Assembly: GCA_048538235.1 (NCBI GenBank)
Contig: JBLYPX010000001.1
Coordinates: 72,013-136,012, forward strand
Length of the DNA stretch: 64,000 bases
Direction of reading: 5' to 3'
From: Candidatus Komeilibacteria bacterium
Lineage (GTDB): Bacteria; Patescibacteriota; Patescibacteriia; UBA1558
This document shows positions 1 through 8,871 of this stretch, piece by piece. Made by a program: the position numbers and the translations under genes. The notes beneath the pieces are model-generated. The model ran no database searches and had not been told where the DNA came from. It saw only the letters and a program-made list of their open reading frames with translations. The first letter of the stretch is position 1; every line of letters starts with the position of its first letter.

Positions 1-109
1 TTACTCAGATAATGGTAAAAAAGCACATTGGTTTTCTGGTAAGAACATTGTAATGGTCGCAAAGAAGGTTTAATTTTGCTATAATATTATCTTATTATTA
101 AAATATACT

Positions 110-1225
110 ATGAAGAAAATTTTATTAAGTCTAGCATTGGTATTATTACTTGTTTTACCTTTTGCAATTTATGCTAGTAATGATTTGTATTCTTTAGCAT
201 CAGGTGAAGAACATAATGCCAATATTTATTGGGCAGGAGAGCGAATGATTATTAATGGTGATGTAAATGGAGACATTTATGTTGCTGCTCAAGATATTGA
301 AATTAATGGTACTGTTAAGGGTGATGTAATATTATTGGCTAATAAGTCGGCAATCATTAATGGAATAATTGATGGTAATGTTAGGGGTGCTGTTACAGAG
401 AAGATTTCTATTAATGGAGATATTAAAAGACAATTATCTGTAGCTGCTCAGAATGTATATATAAACGAAGAGGCTAAGGTTGGAGCTACTGCGATTATTT
501 TTGGTTCTAATGTTGAAATGAGAGGAGATATATCTGGTAATTTAGATGGTGGTGCTGAATCATTGTTTATTAGCGGTAAATTAACCCATACTAATGTTAA
601 GGTAGATACTTTAGTTATATCTGAGGCAGCTGAGATTAGAGGTAATGTAAATTATGAGGCTGTGATTGAAGCAGATATTCAAGAGGGTGCAAATATTGCT
701 GGAGAGGTTAATTTTACAGAATCTCAAATTAAAGATTGGTCTAAGTATGAAAAGCCAGGATATTTTGCAGGTAAGTTTTTAAAACTATTATCTCTATTCA
801 TTTTAGGTTTAGTAATATTAAGCTTCTTTAAAAAGCCTACCGTAATGGTAATAAAGAAGATGAAGGATGATCCTGTTAAAGCAATGCTTTGGGGATTGGT
901 TGGATTCTTTGCAATTCCACTGTTAGCAATAGCTTTCGCAATTACAATTGTTGGTTTGCCATTAACTGTTATTCTTATTTGTTCATATATTGTTATTCTA
1001 TACATTTCTACAATATATTCTGCATTACTTATTGGTAGATGGGTAACTGCTAAATTAAAATGGAAAATAACTTGGCCTTGGGCATTATTATTAGGACTTG
1101 TTATTTTAATAATTTTAGTTGCTTTACCATTTATTGGTGGTCTATTCTTCTTTGTAGCAATGTGGTGGGGAATGGGTGGTATTTTACAAGTTAAGAAAGA
1201 ATATCTTCAGATTAAAAAAGATTAA
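110..1225 (+). CDS. Membrane protein with bactofilin/polymer-forming-like beta-helix repeats
   Basis: Signal-like N-terminus, repeated (I/V)xGxVxG(D/N) units, then several hydrophobic C-terminal helices. Confidence 0.75.
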   Translation: MKKILLSLALVLLLVLPFAIYASNDLYSLASGEEHNANIYWAGERMIINGDVNGDIYVAAQDIEINGTVKGDVILLANKSAIINGIIDGNVRGAVTEKISINGDIKRQLSVAAQNVYINEEAKVGATAIIFGSNVEMRGDISGNLDGGAESLFISGKLTHTNVKVDTLVISEAAEIRGNVNYEAVIEADIQEGANIAGEVNFTESQIKDWSKYEKPGYFAGKFLKLLSLFILGLVILSFFKKPTVMVIKKMKDDPVKAMLWGLVGFFAIPLLAIAFAITIVGLPLTVILICSYIVILYISTIYSALLIGRWVTAKLKWKITWPWALLLGLVILIILVALPFIGGLFFFVAMWWGMGGILQVKKEYLQIKKD

Positions 1226-1235
1226 TTTCTAATAT

Positions 1236-1267
1236 AAAAACAGAGGCGTTGATACGCCTCTGTTTTT
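1236..1267. terminator. Bidirectional intrinsic terminator
   Basis: aaaaa-CAGAGGCGT-tgat-ACGCCTCTG-ttttt between convergent genes. Confidence 0.85.
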
Positions 1268-1275
1268 GTTTTAAC

Positions 1276-2271
1276 CTATTTTAGTAATCCTACTATATTT
1301 CTAATCTCTGCAATATTTTTATCTGCGATTGCTTGAGCTTTTTTAGCACCTCTAGCTAGTATTGCTTCAACCTTTTTTGGTTTCTTTTCAAGTTTCTTTA
1401 TTCTTTCTTGAATTGGTTTTAATGTTTCAATAATTGCTTCAGCTAATTCTTCTTTCATCTCAGAGTATTTAATAGTACCACTGTCATATTGCTTCTCATA
1501 TCTTTCTACTGTTTCGCTATCTTTAAATAGATGGAGTAGTTCAAAAAGATTATGTACACCTAGAGATTTTTTATCTGCTTGAGCAGGGCCTGTGTCTGTA
1601 ACAGCTTTAGCTACCTTTGCTTTAATTGTCTCAGGATCGTCTCTTAAGGCAATGTAGTTACTTTCCCCTAAAGACTTACTCATTTTCTTTTCTGGTTTAG
1701 TGAGTGACATTATTCTAGCACCTTTGGTAAGTAGTGGTTTTACAGGACTAAAGAATAAACCATATTTGTTATTGAACTTTCTTAAAATAGTATTAGCTAA
1801 TTCAATATGTTGAACTTGATCTTCACCAATCGGTACAACCTCAGCTTTGTAGATTAGAATGTCAGCTGCTTGTAAAACAGGGTAGTCAAATAGTCCAACA
1901 TTAATATTGTTCTTATTCTGTTTAGACTTATCTTTATACTGGGTCATTCTTTCTAATTCAGACATCGGTGTTAAAGTATTAAAGATCCAATTAAGATCTG
2001 TATGTCCTTTAACCTGCGATTGTACAAATAGAATAGATTTCTTTGGATCAACACCAATAGCAAGTAGATCAATAGCTGTTTCTATTACTCTTTGTTTATA
2101 CTCTTTAGGATCTTGATCAATTGTTAAGGCATGCCAGTCTACAATAGAATAAATAGCAGTGTATTTATCTTGCAGGTCTACCCAGTTTTTTAATGCACCT
2201 AAATAGTTCCCAATGTGTATATTACCGGTTGGTTGTATGCCTGAGAATAGTGTTTTTTTATCTTCTGTCAT
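1276..2271 (-). CDS. trpS: Tryptophanyl-tRNA synthetase
   Basis: SGIQPTG..HIGNY, YPVLQAADIL, VPIGEDQ and KMSKS motifs. Confidence 0.97.
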   Translation of the reverse strand: MTEDKKTLFSGIQPTGNIHIGNYLGALKNWVDLQDKYTAIYSIVDWHALTIDQDPKEYKQRVIETAIDLLAIGVDPKKSILFVQSQVKGHTDLNWIFNTLTPMSELERMTQYKDKSKQNKNNINVGLFDYPVLQAADILIYKAEVVPIGEDQVQHIELANTILRKFNNKYGLFFSPVKPLLTKGARIMSLTKPEKKMSKSLGESNYIALRDDPETIKAKVAKAVTDTGPAQADKKSLGVHNLFELLHLFKDSETVERYEKQYDSGTIKYSEMKEELAEAIIETLKPIQERIKKLEKKPKKVEAILARGAKKAQAIADKNIAEIRNIVGLLK

Positions 2272-2306
2272 ATTTGTATTTTAACATATTTTGTTAAAAC
2301 TATCAC

Positions 2307-4085
2307 TTAGACTTCAATTAACACTGGCAGAACCATTGGCCTACGTTGTGTTTTTGTGAATAAGAATTGTCCAATTTCATTACGTATTTTGTCTTTTAGA
2401 TAAGTATCATTAGCAGGTTGTTTTGGATCATTATCTTTAAGTATAGACTTTATCTTAGATCTTGTTTGTTCAACCAGTTTCTTATTCTCTTTCATATATA
2501 TGAAACCACGAGAAATAATATCTGGTGATTGAATTAATTTGCCAGTTTTGGCATCAATAGTAGCAATAACAACTAACATGCCGTCACCAGCCATTACTTG
2601 TCTATCTCTTAAAACAACATTAGAAACATCACCAACACCAAGTCCATCTACAAAGACATAATCTGAAGGCACTCTATTATTTGTTAGCCTACCACCAGTC
2701 TTGGTGAACTCCATTACTTGTCCATTGTCTGCAACAAAAATCTTTTTAGGATCTACACCAGCTTCCTCAGCAATTTTAGCGTGAATCTTTAGGAAAGAAT
2801 GATTACCTTCAATTGGAATAAAGTATTGAGGTCTAACTAAATTAATTATTAACTTCAAATCTTCTTTACGAGCGTGACCACCAGCGTGAATATCCATCAT
2901 TTTATAGTGAACAACATTAGCTCCTAGTCTGTACATTGAGTCTTTTAATTTTTGAACAGATCTTTCATTACCAGGAATAACAGATGATGAAAAGACTACT
3001 GTGTCAGATTTTTCAATTCTAATTGTACGATGTTCTCTATTAGCTATTCTCATTAAAACAGCTCTACCTTCACCTTGAGCACCAGTACATAAAACTAGAA
3101 TTTTATCTGAAGGATAGTTTTTCATCTGTTCAGCTGTAATTAAAGTGCCTTTGTTTGCTTTAATGTATCCAAGCTCTTTAGCAATTTCAACATTAGATTT
3201 CATACTATAACCTTCAATTACAACTTTCTTATCAAACTTTTCTGCAGCCCAAATAATTTGTTGGATTCTTCCTAATAGGGAAGCAAATGTTCCAACAATA
3301 ATTCTACCCGGTGCACTACGAATAATTTCATCTAAGTTTCCTTGAATTTCAAGTTCAGATAATTGGTGACCTGGTTGAGGTGCATTAGTTGAGTCAGAAA
3401 GAAGTGCTAAAACCTTTTTGTCTGCTAGTCTGGCAATCTTACCAATCTCAGCTGGAGTATCTCCACTAACGTCCATATCTAGTTTAAAGTCACCAGTGTG
3501 AACAATTAAACCTAAGGGTGTTTTAATAATTACACCCATAGAAGTTGGAATATTGTGAGAAACACCAAAGAATTCTAGTTCAAAGATACCTAGTTTAATC
3601 TTATCGTCTGTTGTTACCATTTTAGAGTTTAACTTAGGCGCATCCTTAAAATCTAATTGTCTTTTTTCAATCATAGCGATTGAAAGGTCAGAAGAGAAGA
3701 TAGGTGGATTACCTAGTTTTTTCATCATGTGAGGTATGCCACCAATATGATCATAGTGAGCGTGAGTAATAATTACACCTCTAATATTCTTTTCTTTACC
3801 TTTTAAGTAGTCAATATTTGGAATAATGTAATCTACACCTGGCATGTCTTCTTCAGGAAACTGCAAGCCCATATCTATAATAATAATGTCTTGTCCATAT
3901 TCAAGAATAGTCATGTTTCTACCGACTTCTTCATTTCCACCCATAACAATAACCTTTAGCTTATTAGCACCAAAGGTTGGTTGCTTTTTAGCAGTGTTTG
4001 TTTGTTTTGAGTAGTTCTTTGCGCGGGCTGTTGTTCTACGCCCGGCTCTGTAAGCTCCTCTTTTAGGAGCAGTTTTCTTAATCAT
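2307..4085 (-). CDS. rnj: Ribonuclease J
   Basis: GGNEEVGRNM, THAHYDHIGG, HTGDFK, TGAQGE, HAGGHA and terminal RRPMVLPVLIEV. Confidence 0.96.
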   Translation of the reverse strand: MIKKTAPKRGAYRAGRRTTARAKNYSKQTNTAKKQPTFGANKLKVIVMGGNEEVGRNMTILEYGQDIIIIDMGLQFPEEDMPGVDYIIPNIDYLKGKEKNIRGVIITHAHYDHIGGIPHMMKKLGNPPIFSSDLSIAMIEKRQLDFKDAPKLNSKMVTTDDKIKLGIFELEFFGVSHNIPTSMGVIIKTPLGLIVHTGDFKLDMDVSGDTPAEIGKIARLADKKVLALLSDSTNAPQPGHQLSELEIQGNLDEIIRSAPGRIIVGTFASLLGRIQQIIWAAEKFDKKVVIEGYSMKSNVEIAKELGYIKANKGTLITAEQMKNYPSDKILVLCTGAQGEGRAVLMRIANREHRTIRIEKSDTVVFSSSVIPGNERSVQKLKDSMYRLGANVVHYKMMDIHAGGHARKEDLKLIINLVRPQYFIPIEGNHSFLKIHAKIAEEAGVDPKKIFVADNGQVMEFTKTGGRLTNNRVPSDYVFVDGLGVGDVSNVVLRDRQVMAGDGMLVVIATIDAKTGKLIQSPDIISRGFIYMKENKKLVEQTRSKIKSILKDNDPKQPANDTYLKDKIRNEIGQFLFTKTQRRPMVLPVLIEV

Positions 4086-4123
4086 AAAATTTTTAAATTA
4101 TTTTGTAATAAATTTTTAATGCA

Positions 4124-4210
4124 TGGTGCCAGAGGTGGGAGTTGAACCCACATGCTTGTTTAAGCACACGAACCTGAATCGTGCGTGTCTACCAATTTCA
4201 CCACTCTGGC
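4124..4210 (-). tRNA. tRNA-Leu(CAG)
   Basis: GCCAGAG acceptor stem, anticodon arm CACGA-TT-CAG-GT-TCGTG, long variable arm, GGTTCAACTCC T-arm, encoded CCA. Confidence 0.95.
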
Positions 4211-4220
4211 TTGTATTAAT

Positions 4221-6062
4221 TTATTGAACCTCTTGTTTTTGCCAAGAGAATTCACGTTGAGTCTTAATATACCAGTTTGTGATATTATTGAACCTATCTG
4301 CTGGGGTAGTGATATGTTCAGTATTAATATCTTTTATCTTTTTTGTAACAGGATAAATATGTATAGGGTTATACAGGAAAATAGCTGGAACATGATCTGT
4401 TAAGATTTGTTGGAATTCTACATACTTAGTAGCTCTGTCTGTTTCATCTGTAATTGTTCTAGCTTGTTCTAATAGATCGTCTATGCCTTTGTGACCCCAA
4501 ACGCTTAAGTTTACACCGGGGCTAGTAATCTGTGATGAGTGCCAGAAAGGAAATGGATCTGATTTTATAATCTGACCAAATAGTAGTGCCTCATAATTAC
4601 GTGTTTCTATAGCACTAGACTTTATTCTATCTTTAGGAATAATTTCTAAACTTGTTTTTACACCAACTGCTTCCCAGTTTTGTTTAACAATCTCTACCAC
4701 CCCTTCATATTCTGGATTAGCAACAGTAGCTAGAGCAATTGTTAATTCAGTTCCGTTCTTTGTTCTGTACCTACCATTCTCTGGAATTAACCAACCAGTT
4801 TTGTCCAGTAGTTCATTAGCTTTAGCTTGATCATAGGTATAATGTGTTAAATCTTCTGTATAGCCTAGATATCCAGGGAGAATAGGACCATCGATCAACT
4901 TACCCTCTTGGTGTAATGATTCATCCAATACTCTTTGTCTATCTATGGCATAAGCTAACCCTTGTCTTAAAGCTTTATCTTTTAATAGATCATTCTTCTG
5001 TGTATTAAAAAATATTGCTGTATATTGTGGCAAACTTAAATTATTGAAAACAATATTTTTATTCTTAGCTAGCTCATCTCTATTTTCTTTTGGTAATAGA
5101 TTTAAACCTTCAACATTATCGTTCTTAAGAGCTTGTACTCCTGTTTCATAATCTCCATAAAACTTAAAAGAAATAGTATCTAAATATGGTGGCTTATTAT
5201 GGTAATCCTCATATCTAGAAAATTCCATGGTACGGATATTACCATTCTTATCTTTAGTTAAAGAAGTAAATTTAAACGGTCCAGTACCAATTGGTTTTTT
5301 ATTAAGCTCAACCAAAGTAACATTATTACTTGGTACAGCCAGCCATAAATGCTCTGGAATAATACCCACTGTTAAACTACTTAAGAAATTAGCAAGTGGT
5401 TCAGAGATTGTAAACTTAACAATATATTCATCTAGCTTTTCTACTTTAACATTAGCAAAGACAAGTCTATGTGGACTTTGCCAATTAGGATCTTGAATAC
5501 TAATAATGGTAAAGACAACATCATCAGCTGTCATTGGTTCACCATCGTGCCAATAAATATTCTCCTTTAATGTAAAAGTATATTCTTTTTGATCAGGACT
5601 AATAGTTAAAGCTTTTGCTAAATCTAATTCTAAACTTCCTAAATCGTCATATTTTAAAAGTCCATTAAAGACCAACTTTGTTAAATCTCTATCTACGTCA
5701 TTATATTGAGACAAGAGAGGATTGATATAGTTTGGTGAACCAACCAGTCCTTCTGTATAATCTCCACCATTAGTTGGTATTAATATAGTGTGTGACCAAT
5801 AAAAACTAAACAGTAATAATATGACAGCAAAACCAATCACAAAAGAACTAATCTTAACGATTTTCTTTTCAGATTCGTTTAAGTATTTGTTTACATGACG
5901 AAGTTGTTGCCAAGTAGGAAATTGAGTCTTCTTAAGCTTTTGAATAGCTTGTTTATCTAATTGCTCAAAATCCGGTGATTCTTCATCGGATGAAACACTA
6001 TTATTATTTGCGTTGTTTTTTTTCTTAGCTCGTGCTAAAAAATCTAACTTTGGCTTAAGCAC
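4221..6062 (-). CDS. Membrane-anchored ABC peptide/nickel substrate-binding protein (OppA/DppA family 5)
   Basis: One N-terminal TM, then YTFTLK..WHDGEPMTADDVVFT, PIGTGPFKF and LRQGLAYAIDR motifs. Confidence 0.9.
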   Translation of the reverse strand: MLKPKLDFLARAKKKNNANNNSVSSDEESPDFEQLDKQAIQKLKKTQFPTWQQLRHVNKYLNESEKKIVKISSFVIGFAVILLLFSFYWSHTILIPTNGGDYTEGLVGSPNYINPLLSQYNDVDRDLTKLVFNGLLKYDDLGSLELDLAKALTISPDQKEYTFTLKENIYWHDGEPMTADDVVFTIISIQDPNWQSPHRLVFANVKVEKLDEYIVKFTISEPLANFLSSLTVGIIPEHLWLAVPSNNVTLVELNKKPIGTGPFKFTSLTKDKNGNIRTMEFSRYEDYHNKPPYLDTISFKFYGDYETGVQALKNDNVEGLNLLPKENRDELAKNKNIVFNNLSLPQYTAIFFNTQKNDLLKDKALRQGLAYAIDRQRVLDESLHQEGKLIDGPILPGYLGYTEDLTHYTYDQAKANELLDKTGWLIPENGRYRTKNGTELTIALATVANPEYEGVVEIVKQNWEAVGVKTSLEIIPKDRIKSSAIETRNYEALLFGQIIKSDPFPFWHSSQITSPGVNLSVWGHKGIDDLLEQARTITDETDRATKYVEFQQILTDHVPAIFLYNPIHIYPVTKKIKDINTEHITTPADRFNNITNWYIKTQREFSWQKQEVQ

Positions 6063-6079
6063 AGGATAATGTGAGTTAA

Positions 6080-6298
6080 TTAACTAATGAAAAGATTAGC
6101 TAAAGATAATCCTAAAAATAGTATTGCTAGTATTATTGTTGCTGTGAAGATTGTTTTTTCTGCACCACGTTTTGTACGGTAACCAGAACTTTCACCACCA
6201 AAGGCAGAACCTAAACCAGAACTGCTACTTTGCATTAGCACAGCAATAATAAGTAAGATCGAAACTACAATTTGTGATATCTGTATTATTTGTTGCAT
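6080..6298 (-). CDS. secG: Preprotein translocase subunit SecG
   Basis: 72 aa, two TMs linked by LMQ..GLGSAFGG..RTKRGAEK. Confidence 0.92.
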   Translation of the reverse strand: MQQIIQISQIVVSILLIIAVLMQSSSSGLGSAFGGESSGYRTKRGAEKTIFTATIILAILFLGLSLANLFIS

Positions 6299-6347
6299 AG
6301 TTTTTTATAATAGAATGATAACAGATTAACAGAAGATTATCAAACTG

Positions 6348-8033
6348 TCAAGCCTTCTTGATTATATCTGTTTTATGTTTACCAATAAGCTTAATTAGCT
6401 CTTTTTCATTAGCTGTCTGTATTTTATGCCAAGAGCCGTATTTATCTTTAAGTATTTTCTTTGTTTTAGGACCAATACCTGTTAAATTGTCTAATTGGGA
6501 GCTAGTACTAATATTTTGATGAGTTTTTCTGTAAAAACTAATAGCAAATCTATGAGCTTCATCTCTCATTCTTTGCAAAAGGAAATATCCTTCAGAACCT
6601 GGTTTAAACCGTATTACTTCTTGTTCGGGAGTATGTATTAACTCTTCTTTTTTAGCCAGTGCTACAATTCTGTCTCTAGGTACTTCTTTTATCTTTAGTA
6701 CTGTAGATAGTTGTGGTTTACCACCATCTAAGATTATGAGGTCGGGATTAGGCCAATCTTTGTGAGCTAGTCTTCTTTTAACAACCTCCTGCATCATATG
6801 ATGATCATCTGGTCCCGTAATACTTTTAATCTTAAACTTTCTATACTGGCTTTTATTTGGTTTACCATCTGTAAATACAACCATAGAACCAACTGCATAA
6901 ACACCTTGTATATTAGAGATATCATAAGTTTCAATTCTCTTAAGCTTATGTTTTAAATTCAAACCTTTTTGTAATTGGTTTAAAGCTTTAGAAATTTTAC
7001 TGTCATCTTTTTCCCAAGAGTGTAGTTGTTTACTAGCATAGTCTTTAGCATTAACCAATCCTAATTTTAATAGTTTTAACTTATCTCCTTTTTTAGGAAT
7101 AATGTTCTTAATTTCAGTATTTAATTTGTAATTACTAATAACGCTTTTTGGTATATCTGTTGTTTGAGAATAGTATTGTAAACAAAACTCATTTAAAACA
7201 TCTACTTCTTTTAACTCTTCTTTATGATTAATAGTAAAGTTTCTTTGTTCAATTAATTTACCACTTCTAACTTTAAAGAGATTAATGACCGAAGTTTTAT
7301 CTTTTAAGTAAATAGTTAAATAATCTTCATTGTTTTTGTTATTAGAAACAACTCTTTGTTTTGTTTGCAGACTTTTAATAGCTAGGATGTAATCTCTGTA
7401 GGTTGCTGCTAGCTCATAATTCTTTTCATTAGAAGCTATTTCCATCTTCTCTGTTAAGCTTTTAATAATATCTGCATTATGACCAGAAAGTAACTGTATT
7501 ACTTGTTTAATAATATTATTGTATTTAGTTTTGCTAATTTTAGACTTACTAATGTTCTTTTGATGTTGCCAATATTTATCCCAACCTATTTCTCCAGCAA
7601 TTATCTTTTTAATTAACTTAACAGTTCTATGTACAGCTGTGCCAGAAGTATATGGACCAAAGTATTTTACCTTATTATTCAATTGAAAATTTCTAGTTGT
7701 TTGTATATTTGGATAATCTTCATTAAAATCTATCTTAATGTAGAGAAAATATTTATCGTCTTTAAGATCAATATTAAATGGCGGTTGATGTTTTCTAATT
7801 AAAGTTCTTTCTAAAAGTAATGCCTCTGTTTCATTATCTACAATAGTATATTTAATATGCTTAATATTATTTACCATTGTTCTTTTAGCAGGGGATAGAT
7901 CAGCACTCCTGCTAAAATATGATTTCACTCTATTACTCAAATTCTTAGCCTTACCAATGTAAAGAATGTCCTTGTTTTTATCTAAGAATTGGTAAATGCC
8001 CGGTTTTTTAGGAATAGTACATAATTTAATCAT
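6348..8033 (-). CDS. uvrC: Excinuclease ABC subunit C
   Basis: GIY-YIG (PGIYQF..LYIGKAKNL), RIETYDISN, DLIILDGGKPQL, RDEAHRFA and HhH motifs. Confidence 0.96.
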   Translation of the reverse strand: MIKLCTIPKKPGIYQFLDKNKDILYIGKAKNLSNRVKSYFSRSADLSPAKRTMVNNIKHIKYTIVDNETEALLLERTLIRKHQPPFNIDLKDDKYFLYIKIDFNEDYPNIQTTRNFQLNNKVKYFGPYTSGTAVHRTVKLIKKIIAGEIGWDKYWQHQKNISKSKISKTKYNNIIKQVIQLLSGHNADIIKSLTEKMEIASNEKNYELAATYRDYILAIKSLQTKQRVVSNNKNNEDYLTIYLKDKTSVINLFKVRSGKLIEQRNFTINHKEELKEVDVLNEFCLQYYSQTTDIPKSVISNYKLNTEIKNIIPKKGDKLKLLKLGLVNAKDYASKQLHSWEKDDSKISKALNQLQKGLNLKHKLKRIETYDISNIQGVYAVGSMVVFTDGKPNKSQYRKFKIKSITGPDDHHMMQEVVKRRLAHKDWPNPDLIILDGGKPQLSTVLKIKEVPRDRIVALAKKEELIHTPEQEVIRFKPGSEGYFLLQRMRDEAHRFAISFYRKTHQNISTSSQLDNLTGIGPKTKKILKDKYGSWHKIQTANEKELIKLIGKHKTDIIKKA

Positions 8034-8103
8034 GATCTAATTTTACTATATACATTATTAATAGCAAATATGGCTAATATTAGCTAAATAATACATAAAT
8101 CCC

Positions 8104-8132
8104 TTGACAAAATGTTAAATATGGTGTATAGT
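8104..8132 (+). promoter_or_regulatory. Sigma70-type promoter of the structured RNA
   Basis: TTGACA-N17-TATAGT. Confidence 0.75.
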
Positions 8133-8139
8133 ACTATAT

Positions 8140-8434
8140 TAACATAGTTAATTAGTCGTTTGAAAAGGAGAGAGTTAATTGCTATTTATCTGGTTTGCCC
8201 CAGGTTATAGCTTCAGATAATTACTTAAGACTAATCTGGTCTAACTAGATTGCTCCTATGGTATTTATCCCTAGTTTAAGCGGATAATCTATTATCCATA
8301 ACTTAAACCCAACTCTCTTGCTTTTAAACGATTAATTACAAATAAGTCCAGAGTATGGCGGAGGTTTGTGCAATGTACTGACAAGGCTAAAAATAACAAT
8401 TGGGCTTAAAAAGGGACAGAAACTGTTCCTTTTT
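8140..8434 (+). ncRNA. Candidate structured ncRNA (6S-like ~190 nt rod at 8149-8338 plus a 3' stem-loop)
   Basis: Own promoter and terminator; 8149-8176 pairs with 8311-8338 using G-U wobbles on the + strand; internal TTATC/GATAA helices; no ORF of 60 aa or more. Confidence 0.6.
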
Positions 8435-8439
8435 ATTTT
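8408..8439 (+). terminator. Intrinsic terminator
   Basis: AAAAAGGGACAG-aaa-CTGTTCCTTTTT followed by a T-rich tail. Confidence 0.8.
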
Positions 8440-8512
8440 GCATTGACAATTTGTCTTTTATTTGTTAATTTCAATTTAATCATTCATTTAAAACAAACAA
8501 AGAGGAGGCTAT

Positions 8513-8755
8513 ATGAGTGCAAGAGTAAGGCCCAAAGGAATAAAGTCAACGGATTTTCCTTTATTTCGCAAGATTGAAGATCTCATTGTTGCTGGAGGAA
8601 CTTACGATGGGATGCGACCTTTTGGTATCACTTGGGGGCACGAAAGGGGTGATGTGCCCGTAGTGCTTCTTCACAATCCAGGCACTGATCCGTGGACCAC
8701 CAAGGTTCCTTTTTCCAAGATCAATACATCTTTGATCAACACAACAGCGGCCTGA
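8513..8755 (+). CDS. Small hypothetical protein in a stand-alone cassette
   Basis: 80 aa ORF with SD GAGGAGG, TTGACA upstream at 8443, own terminator, and visibly more C/G-ending codons than core genes. Confidence 0.7.
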   Translation: MSARVRPKGIKSTDFPLFRKIEDLIVAGGTYDGMRPFGITWGHERGDVPVVLLHNPGTDPWTTKVPFSKINTSLINTTAA

Positions 8756-8766
8756 CAACCTTAACC

Positions 8767-8797
8767 GAGGGACGAACAATTCGTCCCTCTTTTATTT
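8767..8797 (+). terminator. Intrinsic terminator
   Basis: GAGGGACGAA-caa-TTCGTCCCTC-tttt. Confidence 0.85.
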
Positions 8798-8812
8798 GTT
8801 TATCTTTTATCC

Positions 8813-8841
8813 TTGACAAGAACCTTTTTAGTATATATAAT
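8813..8841 (+). promoter_or_regulatory. Consensus sigma70 promoter of uvrA
   Basis: Perfect TTGACA-N17-TATAAT. Confidence 0.85.
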
Positions 8842-8871
8842 ACGTGTTGATTTAATTTACCTCACATAATT

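Noticed and set aside
4221-6062. Orphan substrate-binding protein as a novel system
   Set aside because: Permease genes may lie elsewhere, and the secG-adjacent arrangement looks like ordinary backbone
8140-8434. tmRNA, RNase P or SRP RNA
   Set aside because: Lacks tRNA-like ends, the GAGGAAAGUCC motif and the SRP helix-8 motif
8561-8779. 72-aa minus-strand ORF
   Set aside because: The opposite strand has the promoter, SD and terminator
8034-8871. LexA/SOS box for the divergent uvrC/uvrA genes
   Set aside because: No convincing CTGT-N8-ACAG or GAAC-N4-GTTC site seen at the promoters
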